A model generated the notes under the pieces. The model saw only the letters and a list, made by a program, of their open reading frames with translations, had not been told where the DNA came from and did no database searches. DNA of 64,000 bases from Veleropilina oligotropha (Eukaryota), in NCBI GenBank assembly GCA_048128005.1, contig JBEUKZ010000070.1, positions 62,001-126,000 of the forward strand, written 5' to 3'. Both the position numbers and the translations under genes were made by a program. Position 1 is the stretch's first letter. The number at the start of each line of letters is the position of its first letter. This document shows, piece by piece, positions 11,507-23,598 of the stretch.

Positions 11507-11765
11507 ACAACAATGCACACTGAAGTAAACAATGCAGAATGGTTAGACCATACTAAGGTTGGATAAAATTATATGTCATTCATCATTACATATTTTCATG
11601 CATTACCATTATCATCCGTTTATCATAATGTAATTGTCCAAATATATCTTGTGGTATGCTGTACACTTCATGTCACATTGTGTATAAATGTGGTATACAA
11701 TGTATTCCGTCGTTCGACATTCACTCTCAAACTTGTATATTTCCCCAAAATGACATATTATTTAC

Positions 11766-11928
11766 CTGTATTGACCAGAAATACTGATCGTTTTCCACCT
11801 TGATTGAATGGCGGCCTGATTTGATGAGCAAGTTCCTTGATCATCATGATGGCTATGAACGTCTTTCCTGTTCCCGTACCCAGGCACACAATCGTATTCC
11901 TCGCCAGGGCTGCATCAAGCAGCTCCAC
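11766..11928 (-). CDS. DICER1: Dicer coding exon 2 (DExD helicase, Walker A region)
   Basis: [54 protein letters not shown] closely resembles the animal Dicer-1 N-terminus. Bounded by ttccttcatcag and G|gtaaa; 163 nt, ends in phase 1. Confidence 0.92.
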
Positions 11929-12039
11929 CTGATGAAGGAAATTATCAAAATTATACCTTCGCCACATATTTCAACTTATACCTGTAAACAGTATACAGCC
12001 GATATGAATAATGTATCTACTTGATATGTGTGCGGCGGT

Positions 12040-12863
12040 AAGGTGTGCATTGGGAGGTCTTCATTTCTATTGTAATGTATCTACCGGATAGCTGTACATT
12101 GGGAGGTCTTCATTCCTATTGCAATGTATCTGACCTGATAGGTGTACATTGGGAGGTCTTCATTCCTATTGTAGGCCTAATGTGTCTACCTGATAGGTGT
12201 GCATTGGGAGGTCTTCATTCCTATTATAATGTGTCTACCTGATAGGTGTGCATTGGGAGGTCTTCATTCCTATTATAATGTGTCTACCTGATAGGTGTGC
12301 ATTGGGAGGTCATCCTTCCAAGTGATAGATGTACATTGGGAGGTCTTCATTCCTATTGCAATGTATCTGACCTGATAGGTGTACATTGGGAGGTCTTCAT
12401 TCCTATTATAATGTGTCTACCTGATAGGTGTGCATTGGGAGGTCATCCTTCCAATTGTAATGTATCTACCTGATAGGTGTACATTGGGAGGTCTTCATTC
12501 CTATTATAATGTGTCTACCTGATAGGTGTGCATTGGGAGGTCATCCTTCCAATTGTAATGTATCTACCTGATAGATGTACATTGGGAGGTCTTCATTCCT
12601 ACTATAATGTGTCTACCTGATAGGTGTGCATTGGGAGGTCTTCATTCCTATTGCAATGTATCTGACCTGATAGGTGTGCATTGGGAGGTCATCCTTCCAA
12701 TTGTAATGTGTCTACCTGATAGGTGTACATTGGGAGGTCTTCATTCCTATTGCAATGTATCTGACCTGATAGGTGTGCATTGGGAGGTCATCCTTCCAAT
12801 TGTAATGTGTCTACCTGATAGGTGTACATTGGGAGGTCTTCATTCCTATTGCAATGTATCTAC
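12040..12863. repeat. 49-bp minisatellite (~17 units); unit = 3' end of Dicer exon 1 + 5' splice site
   Basis: Unit gataggtgtgcattgggaggtcttcattcctattataatgtgtctacct; period 49 (12241 to 12290). The - strand contains gaatgaagacctcccaa...cctatcag|gtaga. Confidence 0.92.
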
Positions 12864-12950
12864 CTGATAGGTGTGTGGTGTGAACGTGTGCGTTGGGAGG
12901 TCTTCATTCCGATTGTAGCGTGACCGCTTCGTGTCTGCACCTGGACCCAT
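12864..12950 (-). CDS. DICER1: Dicer first coding exon
   Basis: ttcttgtag|ATG...CAG|gtaga encodes MGPGADTKRSRYNRNEDLPTHTFTPHTYQ (87 nt, phase 0). It joins VELL to give TFTPHTYQVELL, matching the Dicer TPRxYQVEL Q-motif. Not in the ORF track. Confidence 0.85.
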
Positions 12951-13106
12951 CTACAAGAATAACATTGTTTAACTAATAAGTCATAGCGGTAATTATTGTG
13001 GTCACATATGCTGTGCGTCCTGGCGAAAGTGTTCGAGGGCCGGTTTAAGCCAGATGACAATGTCGACGAGTTCCTACAGTATGTTAGCTCAAAAGTCGAA
13101 ATTAGA

Positions 13107-13975
13107 TACTGTAGATAACTTGATTTTCAAGGGTACCAATTTTCGTGGTATTGTTTAAAAGGACATTTTCCAGGGTTCGTAATTTTTTTGGATTTCATAT
13201 TTTGGATGATAACAATTTACATATCATAATGTAATACTAAACTTCTGACAAGTACTTGTACAGATAGGACCAATTATAATTATAAAATTAAAGCCAATTC
13301 CGACACCCTCATCATCAGTGTTGTTTATAAAATCCTAATTACACATAATACTGAAGGACAACGGTATTATCCCTGTTCACACCTGCGTCTTATAAGAAAA
13401 GATACAACATCTGGATTTAACCGTATTCAAAGCACATAAAGATAATTTTATGGTTGGTATGTCAAAGTAGCTAGCCCATGTCAACATCGACTTGAAAAAC
13501 TCAAACCTGGAACCAATTGGATTATCGTCAGGAAAAAGGAAGTATCTCAATGCAGGCAATGAATAAACAAATGGAAATTTATCAAAAAGGATAATCAAAT
13601 GGTGTTTTTATAAATACCAACTTGCAATTGAATTATATGTGTCAAAAGTATTTAATGAGGCATGTATTTGGAAGTATCAGAGTACTATATTATAATCCTT
13701 TACTGGTATAACTATGTACGCTCCTATGTATACATTTATAAGCGTACATCATATGATTAAAATTTATTTATTTGTAACTGTTATCATATTAAATGCAATG
13801 GCTGTGACACGCACATACAACGTAGCTGCAAAGGCATTTAAATATGATCGCCCTCAGATTTCTAACAGACTGGATGGATCATATTTCATTGAGACTATAA
13901 ATTTGAGGTTTATCATACATGTTCACACCCACGAAAATTGGTACCCCACGAATATTAATGATTAGAACTACAGTA
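13107..13975. mobile_element. Non-autonomous DNA transposon (MITE-like)
   Basis: Imperfect inverted ends tactgtag...gggtaccaattttcgtgg and ccacgaaaattggtaccc...ctacagta; no credible ORF. Confidence 0.6.
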
Positions 13976-15399
13976 GTTTCTATGAAATTATGAATTCTGG
14001 TTTATCAAATACATCATTGACAAAGATATTGTCTACATTTTATGGATACCTTTCATATTTCTCGAATGTTGGATATCTCTGACCATTTAAAAAGCATATT
14101 ATACATGAGCTTAAGCCTTTGTTTATACGTAATTGCTTAATATACACAAATAGTAAAACCATTATATTTTTTGGTGCGATTTTGTATGACTATTGGGCAA
14201 ATTAATGCCCAAGAAACATCTGTAATTTCGTGTTTGTTGATGCCCACTTATTATGAACTGTTCGTCATATAATTGTTAGACCATGATATACTGACAGATC
14301 ACCTAGTAATCATAAATCGCATGTTATAATATGTATTATGCCACCTAGTAATCATAAATCGCATGTTATAATATGTATTATGCATGATATGTTCTTCATT
14401 CACTTGCATCTGGGTAATAAAATAATGTTTAAGCATAACTATAATACTGGCATGACATCATCTTCATATATATATTTAATATGATAATTAATGGTGTGTA
14501 CTTGGGGGTGTACTGGGAGAAATGTCTGGTAATCTGATGTTTGCCTGTATTGAAGAGGTTCATTTGGCAAAAAAGACCACATCTGGCTTGTGATTGTCAG
14601 ATGTCAATATGATGAATATCTAGAAAACGGATAAATGATCTAGATTTGACAAAGGTTAACATTTATTAATATTATAATGTACCGTCATTTCAGGTATATA
14701 TTATCATACAAGTTCCTCTTATCGTTACGGTGACATACGGCTATGGGCTTGACAAACTGATGCGGAATTGTCATAAAAATTGGCCTAAACAGCTTGGACT
14801 TTATGCTAAATGACTTGGTCGCCCAGGAAAACTCGTAAATTCAAAGAGTCCTCACTCTTATCCATGCAGCTATTGGAATGCCATCTGAAACAGATTGGAG
14901 CTGTTACAATAACGTACAAGGTACTAGGCGACAAAAACAGTGTTTTTAGGCCAATCGTGAAATTGGACGAGATTGATTGATAGATAGGTATTGGTTATGA
15001 TTGATAAATATCCTATAATAACATGATTGCGGGAGATAATTCAATATACCGGTATGCATAATTAGGCTTGCTTGGTAGTTATTTGACATATTCATTTAAA
15101 AACTACAGAGCACATTTTGTTAACAGTTGGTTTGCAAAGTATATGTAAATTTCTACATCAGTACATGTTTTTCATTTCATTAAAATCTTAGCAAAAAGGA
15201 GTGTGCAACTTTAAAGCGTGCGTATAATATGACATGATGCTAGATTTTATCTTCTTTGTGGATATACCGTAGCCAGCCTTTTCCGCTTATATCCGTGAGA
15301 TCCGTTATCTATGCATACTTCCTATATAATTATAAGTAGATGACAATTTCACTTTCGCTTTGTGCTGCCATGCAGCCTTCAACATGTCAACAATGGCAA

Positions 15400-15537
15400 A
15401 CCTTGTTTCTAAAGTTAACTGTGATTGGTCTACTTTTTGACAATTAACCAATCATATTCCATTTTACAAGCTTAACTAAAATGCACATGCGCACGTCTAG
15501 CCGGAAGCATGTGCTCGCGACAATTTACAACAACAAA
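15400..15537. promoter_or_regulatory. Probable ALKBH6 proximal promoter, possibly bidirectional with Dicer
   Basis: Opposed CCAAT boxes (gattgg ~15423, ccaatca ~15448), NRF1-like tgcacatgcgca (15482) and ETS-like ccggaag (15501) just upstream of the ALKBH6 ATG. Confidence 0.45.
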
Positions 15538-15585
15538 ATGTCATCAGAAGACATCGATAATCTACAATCATATATTGTTCAACCG
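15538..15585 (+). CDS. ALKBH6: ALKBH6 exon 1
   Basis: MSSEDIDNLQSYIVQP|gtaacc, phase 0; joins APHTIHY as expected for the ALKBH6 N-terminus. Confidence 0.7.
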
Positions 15586-16484
15586 GTAACCATTAAAACT
15601 TTTGTTCTTGTCAAAATTATGCATGGACTACGTATAGCATGTAATGAAATATTGACTGTTACATTTTAATAATAATATGTAGGTGCTACCTAGAAACGAG
15701 CACTGTCCTATACTATACTACCAGGTTGGAGAGAAGCACACTCACTGTAGTCCGATGAATACAGGGCATATCGGACCCACGCCATATCGGACCCAGACTA
15801 AATCGGACACAGTCTATATCGGTCCCAGTCTACATCGCTATACAGGCTACTGTGTACAAACAAAGAAACACAACATGTGTAATCACGAATAAATCAATTT
15901 GACAGCAATGAATTTTATGAAGATTTATTTACAAGTTTGCTATTTAATGAATATTATATGCTAACGGGTGAAGTATTTCAAACATGTGATATGCAGAACA
16001 CGTACTCACGTGTTAAAACAATAGTTACACGGATTAATTAAATGCAAGCTACAATCAAGCACATGTCCATTATTTGATTATCTGTTGAGTTCTAACTCCG
16101 CCAAAATATATATACATATATATCACGCAGGTATATCTAGATCATCATCAGCTAGTTATCAACTGCAACTCAATCGACACCTAGATCATACCCAAAATTC
16201 TTTATTCTGAAGATGGTTGCATGCAAAAAATATATAATACATTATTCAACCACCATTATTACAAAAGTGCCTATTATTAAATATGGGAGATCGATTAGAC
16301 TCTGTCCGATATAGACTGGGTCCGATATAGTCTGTGTCCGAAATGACTAGTCCCCAGTCCGATAAATCTGCCCCTAATTACAAGCTCAAAATTCTGACGG
16401 TCGCGTGTATAGTCCGATAAATCTGCCCCTAATTACAAGCTCAAAATTCTGACGGTCGCGTGTATAGGCACTCACTGCAGAACA

Positions 16485-16641
16485 TAGTCCGATAAATCTG
16501 CCCCTATTTACAAGCTCGAAATCCTGACGTATACACGCGACCGTCAGGATTTCGAGCTTGTAAATAGGGGCAGATTTATCGGACTATACACGCGACCGTC
16601 AGGATTTCGAGCTTGTAAATAGGGGCAGATTTATCGGACTA
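16485..16641. mobile_element. Small foldback MITE with 9-bp TSD; partial copies at about 16355-16466
   Basis: tagtccgataaatctgcccct...aggggcagatttatcggacta flanked by tgcagaaca on both sides (16476-16484, 16642-16650). Confidence 0.7.
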
Positions 16642-16821
16642 TGCAGAACAGTCCCCGCACGATACGTCATAAAATTAAAGAATAAAAATATCGAAATCGC
16701 CAGGCGAAAGTCCCACCCACTGCTTGCTATGTTATATAATAGAGATCGCTCTGTTATATACTAATACTAGAAATTAATGGGTGTGCCTGGCGACCCTCAA
16801 CAAAATACGTTAATATGATAA

Positions 16822-17161
16822 AGGTGCTACCTAATGACGAGCACGCAGATTATATTTAGGCCTAGACATATCGGGAAATAATGAATGCCTTTATTAATGG
16901 CCGTACACGTTTCGCGGACTACTGAAACGTGACGTTAGGTCGCGTATTCGATCAAGGCAAGAATGACAACACGAGATCTCGTGTTACGAGATTAGCGAGT
17001 TGCGCATAACCGGGAGAGGAATAATTCTACTTATTTACTTCCACATCGTTACATCGATTTTTAATTCATAGTATGTTGTGTAGTTATCTGCCCTTGTATT
17101 CATTCTTTTATCTTTTCCGTATACGCATTTATGTGAAAAGCTCGCACTGCGTGCTCGCTAT
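16822..17161. repeat. Dispersed repeat; inverted relative at about 36458-37074 (partly duplicated at 40557-41053)
   Basis: aggtgctacctaatgacgagcacgcagatta ... gctcgcactgcgtgctcgcta matches in reverse complement tagcgagtacgcagtgcgagc ... taatctgcgtgctcatcactaggtagcacct. Confidence 0.75.
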
Positions 17162-17212
17162 AATTTAAGGAAGTGGCTATCGGCACGATGCGGTCGTGCG
17201 GATAAGGCTGCT

Positions 17213-17379
17213 TATCGGCACGATGGACTATTCCTCTAACCACTGCAATTGGGGATTACGTCGTTTTCAAAACATCGATTTAATCCGATTACTTAGTGAG
17301 GTAATTAACGTAACACATACTTAAATTAATAATGACCACTATATGAATTAAAAATGAAGCGAGGATCGAGTGTCAGGTT

Positions 17380-17457
<78 letters not shown>

Positions 17458-17636
17458 ATATATATATAAACCTGACACTCGATCCTCGCTTCATTTTTAA
17501 TTCATATAGTGGTCATTATTAATTTAAGTATGTGTTACCTTAATTACCTCACTAAGTAATCGGATTAAATCGTGTTTTGAAAATGGCGTAATCCCCAATT
17601 GTAGTGGTTAGAGGAATAGTCTGTCGTGCCGATAGC
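17213..17636. repeat. Foldback element: ~170-bp inverted arms around a (TA)n microsatellite
   Basis: tatcggcacga...gagtgtcaggtttata (TA)n tataaacctgacactc...tcgtgccgata. Confidence 0.85.
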
Positions 17637-20091
17637 CTCGGCCATAATTTAAATGCCTGTGTTAGTAGTTCAATTAATTCGGAACTTGAGTGTCACAGTC
17701 AGTCTCTTGACGATATGTCACAAATATAAAAATATGCCCCACATATATTATTAATTTCTATATAACTTTGTATGCATATGATAGATAGATAGATATTTAT
17801 TTTCCGTTACGTAATATATACATGCGTAAAAATAATAATAATTTACAACTACATAATGGAAGGATGCCACCTGAGTCGTGTACGACTGTTCCTGTGCAGG
17901 TGATGGCACCCTTTTCAACCGATGATTACTTAGTATATATAATTATATCATATAAATAACAGTAAATAATAATAATAATAAATAAATTGAGTAATACAGA
18001 AACACATGACAGAAAAAGAACATATAGGTGATAAAATATTTTACAAAAATGCGCAAAATATATTAACATCATATAGGTACTACATTGCTGGTTGTGTTGG
18101 CATTTAATATTGATTTATTTTTTGTTTCAGCATACATTTAATAAATGATTTCATCATTTGGCAATTTTTTATAAGACTGGGAAGGTTACTCCACAAAGAA
18201 GGCATTTTGCACAGAAAGCTCTTGTTATATGTGGCTTTTGAATGGCGCTGAATTAATGGATTATCTCCGTTTCTTGTATTATAATGATGGTGATTTGAGC
18301 TCGTTACAAAATTGAGCTGAAGAGCAGATGGCAAATTCGTTTGTGAATATTTAAAATCCTGTTTGCAAAGATCTAATTCTATTAAGTCATCTAATTTTAA
18401 AATATTTAATGTCTTGAATAGAGTACTGGGTGTATTATATTTCACATTCTTGACAAATCGGATGCATTTTTTCTGTAGTATAAGTAATTTCTTCAAATGA
18501 AGTTTTTTAAGCATAGGCCCCCATATGAATAAGCCGTAAATAATATGGCAATTAATTAAACTGAAGTAAAGTGCTCTCTTTGTCCATGTGAGTAATAAAT
18601 TTTTACAGCATCTAAGGCTATACATACCTCTAAGCATTTTATTTTGTACATATTTGGAATGTGCAGTCCAACTAAGGTTCTCGTCTATAATAATTCAGAG
18701 AAACTTAGTTGTTTTCACTTGAGATATAGTAACGCCATCTATATTTATTTCATTGCTAGGGATGACAATGGTGCTTTGCTTAAATAAAATATAATTCGTT
18801 TTACTTATGTTTAATGATAGTTTGTTACATTTGAACCAAGTGTTGAGCATCTCTAAATCTGTTTTTTACACATGCATACACAGTGTGTGTATCCTGATGA
18901 CTCATATAAGCTGTTGTGTCATCAGCGAAATTTACTACTTTTAAATATTTTAAGCATATATTTAAGTCATTTACATATATTAGAAAGAGGAGAGGGCCCA
19001 AGATAGAGCCTTGTGGAACACCATATTCGTTTACCTTATAATTTGAATAAATATAATCATTTACATTTTCAGTAGATAGTTTTACTCTTTGCATTCTATT
19101 TTCAAGATAACTTTGGAACCATTCTTTAGTGATTCCTCTGACACCATAATAGTCAAGTTTGTCAAGCAGAATATGGTGGTCTATTGTGTCAAAGGCCTTG
19201 GATAAGTCAAGAAATACTGCAAGAGTGATCTTATTGTCTTCAAAGCCTTTTACAATTTCGCTTACGAGTTCAGTAACAGCATCAACTGTGCTGTGATTTT
19301 CTCTAAATCCATATTGGCTTTGATACAGGCTATTATTAAATTAGGAAGCTATATAGTCTTTTGTAAATTATCTTTTCCAAGACTTTTGATACAGTACATA
19401 ACAATGAGATCAGTCGGTAATTGGTTGAGATATCTTTTCCCTTACTTTTGTTTATTGGTATTATTTCAGCCAATTTCATGCTTTTAGGAAAAATGCCTTT
19501 TTCTATCGAACGGTTAAAGATATGAACAAGTGGCATGTTGATTGAATAGACTAGCTTCTTTAACATTATGTTATTAACATTATCATGACCGCTGCTGGTT
19601 TTGTGCTTTAACTTTAATATAGTTCTTATAACTTCATTTATATCAGTAGGAACAAGAAATAGACTAGCATTAGTTTTTTCGGGCAGGAAGTCTCTATATA
19701 TTTTACTTGAAGTCCTAATGTTATTGACCAGATTTCGACCTACCGTAGAGAAGTAGTCGCCAAATTTGTTACATATGTCGTATGGATTGTATACTTTAAT
19801 ATTTTCACTCGTTATGTATTCAGGTACACTTGATTTATTTCTATGTCTACCTATTATATTGTTCACCACTTTCCAAAGTTTCCTTGAGTCATTTCTAAAT
19901 TCATTTATTCTATCTGTGTAATAATTAAATTTTGCAATGCGCATAATTTTATTGTACAAGTTCCTGTATTTAACGTATTTTTGATATTTTGGATTGTTTT
20001 TGTCACATCCAATGGCATTTCTATACATGCTCTCACATTTTCTAGAACTTTTTAAAAGACAAGAGGTCATAAAAGGGTGGTGTACTACCAT

Positions 20092-20758
20092 CTTTTATCA
20101 CATGTCTTGGTCATTTTCTCATAGTGCAGCACTGTGTATTATTCGTCGTAATACACGTGTCTCAAAATCATATCGAAATGCGATTGGCTGTTTACAAAGA
20201 GACCTTAAAGTAACCAATGAAAACGCAATTGACGTAACGTCATCCGAAAAATTGCCTTATATAGAAACGATTTTGGTCAAACTCAATCCAAAACGTAATC
20301 GACGATAACGTGTCGCACATAGATGTTTAGACTATCGTTGTAAATTTTAAGCACAAATAATATTCATTATTCTTTTTCATTTAGATAACATATATAAAAT
20401 TTTAGCATTTTATCTTCACATATATGCTTTTTAATCTTTAATTATACTTTTACAAACACGTAAACATTGTATTTCGTAGCAAATGTCACTATTTTTGTAT
20501 TGCGTGAGTATGACGTCATTCCATCTTACTTACAATGCGCCATAGTGTCAACGTCGCTACTTTCTAATAGCGAAGTTGTGAATTGTTTTAAATTAATTTT
20601 ATCATAAATAGAACATCACATTCGTGGTGGTGTAATATCACATTTATGAAACTCGTTTAACTAATTTTCATATTTTCCTCGGCAAAGCCTCGGAAAATAT
20701 GAAAATTAGTTAAACTCGTTTCATAAATGTGATATTACACCACCACTCATGTGAGATC
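20092..20758. mobile_element. Non-coding insertion in LINE ORF2 ending in a ~140-bp hairpin
   Basis: Breaks ORF2 between the 20091 and 20761 fragments. 20617-20757 is a near-palindrome (gtggtgtaatatcacatttatgaaac...gtttcataaatgtgatattacaccac). Confidence 0.6.
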
Positions 20759-22339
20759 CTCTATATGTGGTATAGCAAACAATTTTTCGGGGCAATTTTA
20801 TCAACAGTGGATTGGACAACTTGGTTGTATGTGTCATGCGCATCGTCGACATCAAGATCTTTTAGAATGTCCCAATTGAGCGACTGTAAGGTGCCATTTA
20901 TAGCTTTAAATTTTTCATCCGTTAGCTTTCTACCTTTTACCATGAATGGTTCTTTGAGTGTTTTCCTTTCGCTGTATAATATTACCAAGCATGGTCAATG
21001 GTCGGATCAGTTGGTAGTTAAGATTGCCGATTTATATTTTTTGACTAGGTTATTTGTTATATATACATTGTCAATAAGTGTTGCACTATGATGTGTTATT
21101 CTAGTGGGCTTAGTTATAAGAGGTAAAAGACCAGGAGTAAGAGTTGTTTCTAAGAACATTTCTGTATTGGGTGTTAATGTTTAGAAAGTCCAAATTTTGA
21201 TCTGTACCAATAATAATATCTTTATTTTCTTTTTTTGCCATGATAAGTAAATTATCATATTCTGCTATAAACTTTCTTTCATTGGTACCTGGGACCCTGT
21301 ATAATTCTCCTACAATAATATTTTTGCTGTTTTTCCTTTTAATCTCTGTAACACATGTTTCAATTTCGCCCTCACAAAATATAGTCAAATCAGGCGTTTG
21401 TATATATTTATATCCTTCTTGACGTATATTGCTACACCGCCTCTGGTTTTATCTATTCAATGGATTTCCTCAAGGTTGTAATCTTCTATTTGGCATAAAT
21501 GTTTGTTAAAATCAGTCAGAAATGTTTCGCAGAGTAAAATTAAATCTACAGTACATCCATTTCTGCTGATCTTTGTTAACAACTGTTTTAGGTCATCTAT
21601 TTTGTTCGGTATGCTATATATGCTAAATGAATAATTGGTCAAGTTCCAGTTATGCAATTGGTTTGGATCATAATAGTCACATAAGTCGTTCAGCGGAATA
21701 TCGCTGTTTAATATGTTATTTAATTTCTTTGTGGGATCATCAATGATTTCTTCTATTTTATCTTGGTATTTGCGGTTATCCACAGGCATATATTAAATAA
21801 AAAATTTGCCAGCCAGTACATTCCAGTATTCAAAATGATAAAACAGTAGGTTATTTGTACAAAGGGACACATTATAACAAAACAGAGAAAACAAGAAAAT
21901 AAACACGGTAATAATACAGGATACAAGGAAAGAAAATAATTATAAATATATATACCCAAAAGTTTCTTTTGTGGGTATGGTGAGGGCAGTATTGTATATA
22001 CTTCGTTCAGCAAATTGTTCACTAAGCTTAGTGAGTCTGTAGAAACATGGATTGCAATGAAGTTTGATTCAGGTTATGATATATTCGGTTCCTTAGCAGA
22101 TTAATGAGATTAAGCTAGTCACATCAGAGAGAAAAATACGAGCTGTTGATATATAGTATATGCGGATAAACCGTGTTCAATATTTAAAAAATCTGGCATA
22201 AGCGTTATAATTAATAACAAAAAATTGTACCAAATATTGTTTTTACAATCGCCAATGAGTTTGATATGTAGGAAGTAATGAGTCATAGAGGTGCTAAGAG
22301 AAGAACCACATGACTGACAGCATATTATAGGTCCTGACC

Positions 22340-23598
22340 TATGGAAGGGAATTACCGCCATAATTACATGTATCTACATTGCATTCTTATTCATCTTTCG
22401 TCTTAATGCTATGTCTCGTTCTTCCTAGTGCGTCATTGTATGTCTCGTTCGTCCTAGTGCTTCATTGTATGTCTAATGGCTTATCTCATGCATCGTAGTT
22501 ACATGCGTCTACATGGCATCCTTATTTATCCTTCGTCTTAATGCTATGTCTCGTTCTTCCTAGTGCGTCATTGCATGTCTCGTTCTTCCTAGTGCTTCAT
22601 TGTATGTCTAATGCCTTATATCATGCATCGTAGTTACATTACTGTTGTCAAGGAAACAAGATGTTGTTGTCAAGGAAACAAGAAGTTGTTGTCAAGGAAA
22701 CAACATACATGGCACTTGTCATTAAGACGAATGGAATTTAGCATAGCACAACAACGAACGCAACGAGACACAGTACAACGACGAATGGCAGGGAAAAACA
22801 GACAAACCAATTCCAACACATTTTCGTCTTTATTATGTTTATCCGACCAGCATTATATGAAGGGACTGGACAATGAAAAGTGTGCAACTAACGAGGTCAA
22901 CTGCTACAATGAACTGTACAAGTTCAACCCGGATCATATGCGCTCGTTCCTACTAAGTAACACGTGCTGTTTAGTTTATAAGGCCAATGAACTTTTCGTT
23001 CATCTTAAAGACGGGCCCTTAAAGACTACATATACAATTATATTATGCAAAATGGGGTGATTCGTTAACGATACCTTGCAACGATTCACGCAAAATGATT
23101 TTGCCAAAGGTGCCGAAAACCGTTGTACTTCCGCTGTAGGGAGACTTTCGTAAATACGATGGTGTGTCTGTTTTTCCCGTCGTTGTACTGTGTCTCGTTG
23201 CGTTCGTTGTTGTGCTATGCTAAATTCCATTCGTCTTAATGACAAGTGCCATGTATGTTGTTTCCTTGACAACAACATCTTGTTTCCTTGACAACAGTAA
23301 TTAACTACGATGCATGAGATAAGGCATTAGACATACAATGAAGCACTAGGAAGAACGAGACATGCAATGACGCACTAGGAAGAACGAGACATAGCATTAA
23401 GACGAAAGATAAATAAGGATGCCATGTAGACGCATGTAACTACGATGCATGAGATAAGCCATTAGACATACAATGAAGCACTAGGACGAACGAGACATAC
23501 AATGACGCACTAGGAAGAACGAGACATAGCATTAAGACGAAAGATAAATAAGAATGCAATGTAGATACATGTAATTATGACGGTAATTCCCTTCCATA
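22340..23598. mobile_element. MITE/foldback element with ~430-460-bp TIRs containing internal subrepeats, inserted between LINE ORF1 and ORF2
   Basis: tatggaagggaattaccg... (22340) versus ...cggtaattcccttccata (23598). Arms about 22340-22800 and 23168-23598; the ORF track shows the same spurious peptide on both strands. Confidence 0.88.

Noticed and set aside
1061..11532. Long Ser/Cys/Leu-rich ORFs (282, 724 and 292 aa) in the 45-bp satellite
   Set aside because: Products of a stop-free repeat whose unit length is a multiple of three; not independent genes. Only the VPLVTQ frame is informative.
11758..11967. ORF-track start [13 protein letters not shown] for Dicer
   Set aside because: Sequence upstream of 11928 is intron (polypyrimidine tract + AG); the real upstream exon is 12864-12950.
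9417..12863. CRISPR-like look (constant segment alternating with a variable one)
   Set aside because: The variable parts are a few recurring variants of one sequence, not unique spacers; there are no cas genes and the context is eukaryotic.
22611..23278. Two ORFs sharing LLSRKQHTWHLSLRR on opposite strands
   Set aside because: Translation of the two inverted arms of a MITE.
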